From IMG/VR virus record IMGVR_UViG_3300008217_005050, positions 1-37,068 of that record: a stretch of 37,068 nucleotides of DNA. One strand, written 5' to 3'. This document shows, piece by piece, positions 35,181 through 37,068 of the stretch. The notes beneath the pieces are model-generated. The model saw only the letters and a program-made list of their open reading frames with translations. It had not been told where the DNA came from and searched no databases. Source of the stretch: a virus. Its lineage: Duplodnaviria > Caudoviricetes. The translations under genes and the position numbers were made by a program. Position 1 is the stretch's first letter. The number at the start of each line of letters is the position of its first letter.

Positions 35181-36417
35181 GTTTTGTAAAAAGTATGAGG
35201 GTGTCACTATCCACGGTAAAAACATACGTATTATGTTCAGTTACCGTGGTGTGCGCTGCATAGAGCCACTTAAAGGCATTTTGATATCTAAGTCAAATAT
35301 CAAGTTTGCATCGAATAAACGTACCGCCATACTGCATGAGATTGCAACCAACCAATTTAACTACGCTAAGCATTTTCCTGATTCAGCAAAGGTAAGATTG
35401 TTTGAGGGAAAAGGTGCAGTACCAACAGTGAACACTGCTTTAGACAAATGGCTAGAAAGAAACAAAGCCAACACCCGGGCAGATAACTACAAGCACAATT
35501 TAGCCAGGTGCAAATTATACATTCGCCCACAATTTGGCGAGTTAAAGTTAGACAAAGTCACCTTAACCATGATCCGAGACTGGCGCGATTTAACACTCAC
35601 CACATTTTTATCAAATAAAACAATTAACGATGTGTTTATTCCCCTACGTGGCATATTCAAAGATGCAATGGCAGACAGGTTAATAGACTTTAATCCACTC
35701 GACCATTTACCAAATTTAAAAAGAAGCCGCTCAGAAAATTGTGACCCTTTCACCTTAGAAGAACTGCAGTTGATAGAGTCGCAGCCAACCGCTGATCAAA
35801 GTGAGCTTAATGGGTTTTTATTTGCTTGTTGGACAGGTTTACGCGCATCTGAGTGCTACGCGCTTGCGTGGGAAGACATTGATTTTGTAAAACGACAAAT
35901 AAAAATTAGACGTGGTGTTACCAAAGGCGATTATGCCTACACGAAAAATGACGGCAGTTATAGAACCATCGACCTACTAGACCAGGCATACGACATATTA
36001 ATTCGTCAAAAGACACTTTCATTTGCAATGCCGGCAATCAAGGTCGATGTGTTAAAAGATGACAACCGCAGCTATGAAAAAGCAGAGCTTAGATTTGTGT
36101 TTATTAACACCCTAAACCAAAAGCCACATACTGATGGCCAAAACGTTAATAAACGATTTTTACAAAAACATTTAAAAAAATGTGGCATTCGCTACCGCGC
36201 TATAAACCAAGCTCGCCACACATTTGCCAGCCAGCTGCTTACCAAAGGTGTAGCTGAACGTTGGATAGCTCGCCAAATGGGCCACACATCCATCACCATG
36301 TTAGAAAAGCATTACGGTAAATGGATGAACGAAGAAATACCCGACATGGCCGCGAGAGTATCAAAGATATTCTCAAGCCAAAGTCACCAACGAAAAACTA
36401 AGCCGGCTAATCCATAA
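35161..36417 (+). CDS. int: Tyrosine integrase with arm-binding N-terminal domain (DUF3596-like)
   Basis: I.F.YRG.RC.E, F.YA.HFP.S, TGLR.SE, QARHTFAS, QMGH and HYG motifs. Confidence 0.96.
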   Translation: MTASLLEFCKKYEGVTIHGKNIRIMFSYRGVRCIEPLKGILISKSNIKFASNKRTAILHEIATNQFNYAKHFPDSAKVRLFEGKGAVPTVNTALDKWLERNKANTRADNYKHNLARCKLYIRPQFGELKLDKVTLTMIRDWRDLTLTTFLSNKTINDVFIPLRGIFKDAMADRLIDFNPLDHLPNLKRSRSENCDPFTLEELQLIESQPTADQSELNGFLFACWTGLRASECYALAWEDIDFVKRQIKIRRGVTKGDYAYTKNDGSYRTIDLLDQAYDILIRQKTLSFAMPAIKVDVLKDDNRSYEKAELRFVFINTLNQKPHTDGQNVNKRFLQKHLKKCGIRYRAINQARHTFASQLLTKGVAERWIARQMGHTSITMLEKHYGKWMNEEIPDMAARVSKIFSSQSHQRKTKPANP

Positions 36418-36429
36418 ATACTCAGGCAC

Positions 36430-36456
36430 AAAAAAACCCGCTAATTGAGCGGGTTT
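36430..36456. terminator. Probable bidirectional terminator
   Basis: AAAAAAACCCGCT-AATTG-AGCGGGTTT between convergent genes. Confidence 0.85.
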
Positions 36457-36920
36457 CATTTAGTTAATTTAGCATCAGCTTCTTGTACAAATTTGTCAAT
36501 TTGCATTCTTATTCGCTTCATTTTGTTTGGGTCACGCTTATCTTCTTTATCACCAAAAATCTCGTTGTGATCTAGCATTAACTTCATATCTACAAGCTCC
36601 CCAGTTTCTGTTTCGTGGAACTTAACCACTACCAGAGGATCATTTTCTTCATCATTTGGGAGTAATCTTGCGTGGTATATACCTATATACCAAGGTGAAG
36701 CGCCTTCTTTGAGAGATGAATCTTTAATTCTGCCGTATTGTCTGTGACTCTTTGATTCATAAACTTCGACATAACCTTGTGTTTGCCAAAGCTCTTGAAG
36801 TGCTACAATTTCATCAAGCCATTCAGTGTAGTCATAACCAAACTCGGCTGACAACACTGCAAATAACTCGTTAACTATCGCATCTTCAATTTCTTTTTTT
36901 TCTGGGTTTTGCTGTGACAT
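36456..36920 (-). CDS. Hypothetical protein (accessory or host)
   Basis: 154 aa, followed by the terminator. Confidence 0.75.
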   Translation of the reverse strand: MSQQNPEKKEIEDAIVNELFAVLSAEFGYDYTEWLDEIVALQELWQTQGYVEVYESKSHRQYGRIKDSSLKEGASPWYIGIYHARLLPNDEENDPLVVVKFHETETGELVDMKLMLDHNEIFGDKEDKRDPNKMKRIRMQIDKFVQEADAKLTK

Positions 36921-37068
36921 TAGTGATATTTACAGTTCCTAACGCGCTTATTAAAGCTGCTTTTTTTTCATCCTTGGTGCCACTTAGATAGATTCGATTG
37001 CTCCTATCGGTAGCCGCAACCATTTGAGAAAACTCTCGCATGTGGTCTTGTTGATTACTATTAAACAT
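36886..37068 (-). CDS. 60-aa hypothetical protein overlapping the downstream gene
   Basis: ORF track; upstream context lies outside the window. Confidence 0.5.
   Translation of the reverse strand: MFNSNQQDHMREFSQMVAATDRSNRIYLSGTKDEKKAALISALGTVNITNVTAKPRKKRN

Larger units (their letters stand above)
1..36417. mobile_element. Temperate siphovirus prophage (HK97-like head, lambdoid regulation); left boundary and att sites not visible
   Basis: Contiguous tail, head, packaging, lysis, Q, replication, cI/cro, xis and int modules in canonical order. Confidence 0.97.

Noticed and set aside
36360-36430. att site at the 3' end of int
   Set aside because: No matching repeat or tRNA was found; the other prophage end lies outside the window.

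Overview
This window is an apparently near-complete temperate siphovirus prophage with an HK97-type head and lambdoid organisation. The host is probably a marine Alteromonadales/Pseudoalteromonas-like gammaproteobacterium, but that is inference only. The minus strand, read right to left, carries cro, a repeat-punctuated cassette region, a PriCT-2/Toprim primase and VapE-type helicase, an iteron origin, Q and the late promoter. It continues with endolysin-Rz-Rz1-holin, HNH, a cos candidate, terminases, portal, ClpP-type protease, capsid, head-tail joining genes, tail tube, a frameshifted chaperone, tape measure, tail tip and tail fibre. The plus strand carries a 434-like cI with ACAA-N6-TTGT operators, a zinc-ribbon membrane protein, and the pL operon (LuxR-type HTH, small ORFs, DEDD exonuclease, xis, int). 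The most unusual region is 25.9-28.1 kb, between cro and the primase. Two families of direct repeats (92 bp identical; 66/67 bp) share a two-faced design: a minus-strand RBS/start at the left end and a hairpin whose right arm holds a plus-strand RBS/start (the shorter 66-bp copy keeps only the left arm). Together they delimit roughly 600-650 bp gene cassettes. Also notable are a primase whose last conserved motif (DWND) sits on the helicase ORF, and an in-frame TGA where a conserved Cys is expected in a zinc-binding ORF. No att pair could be identified.
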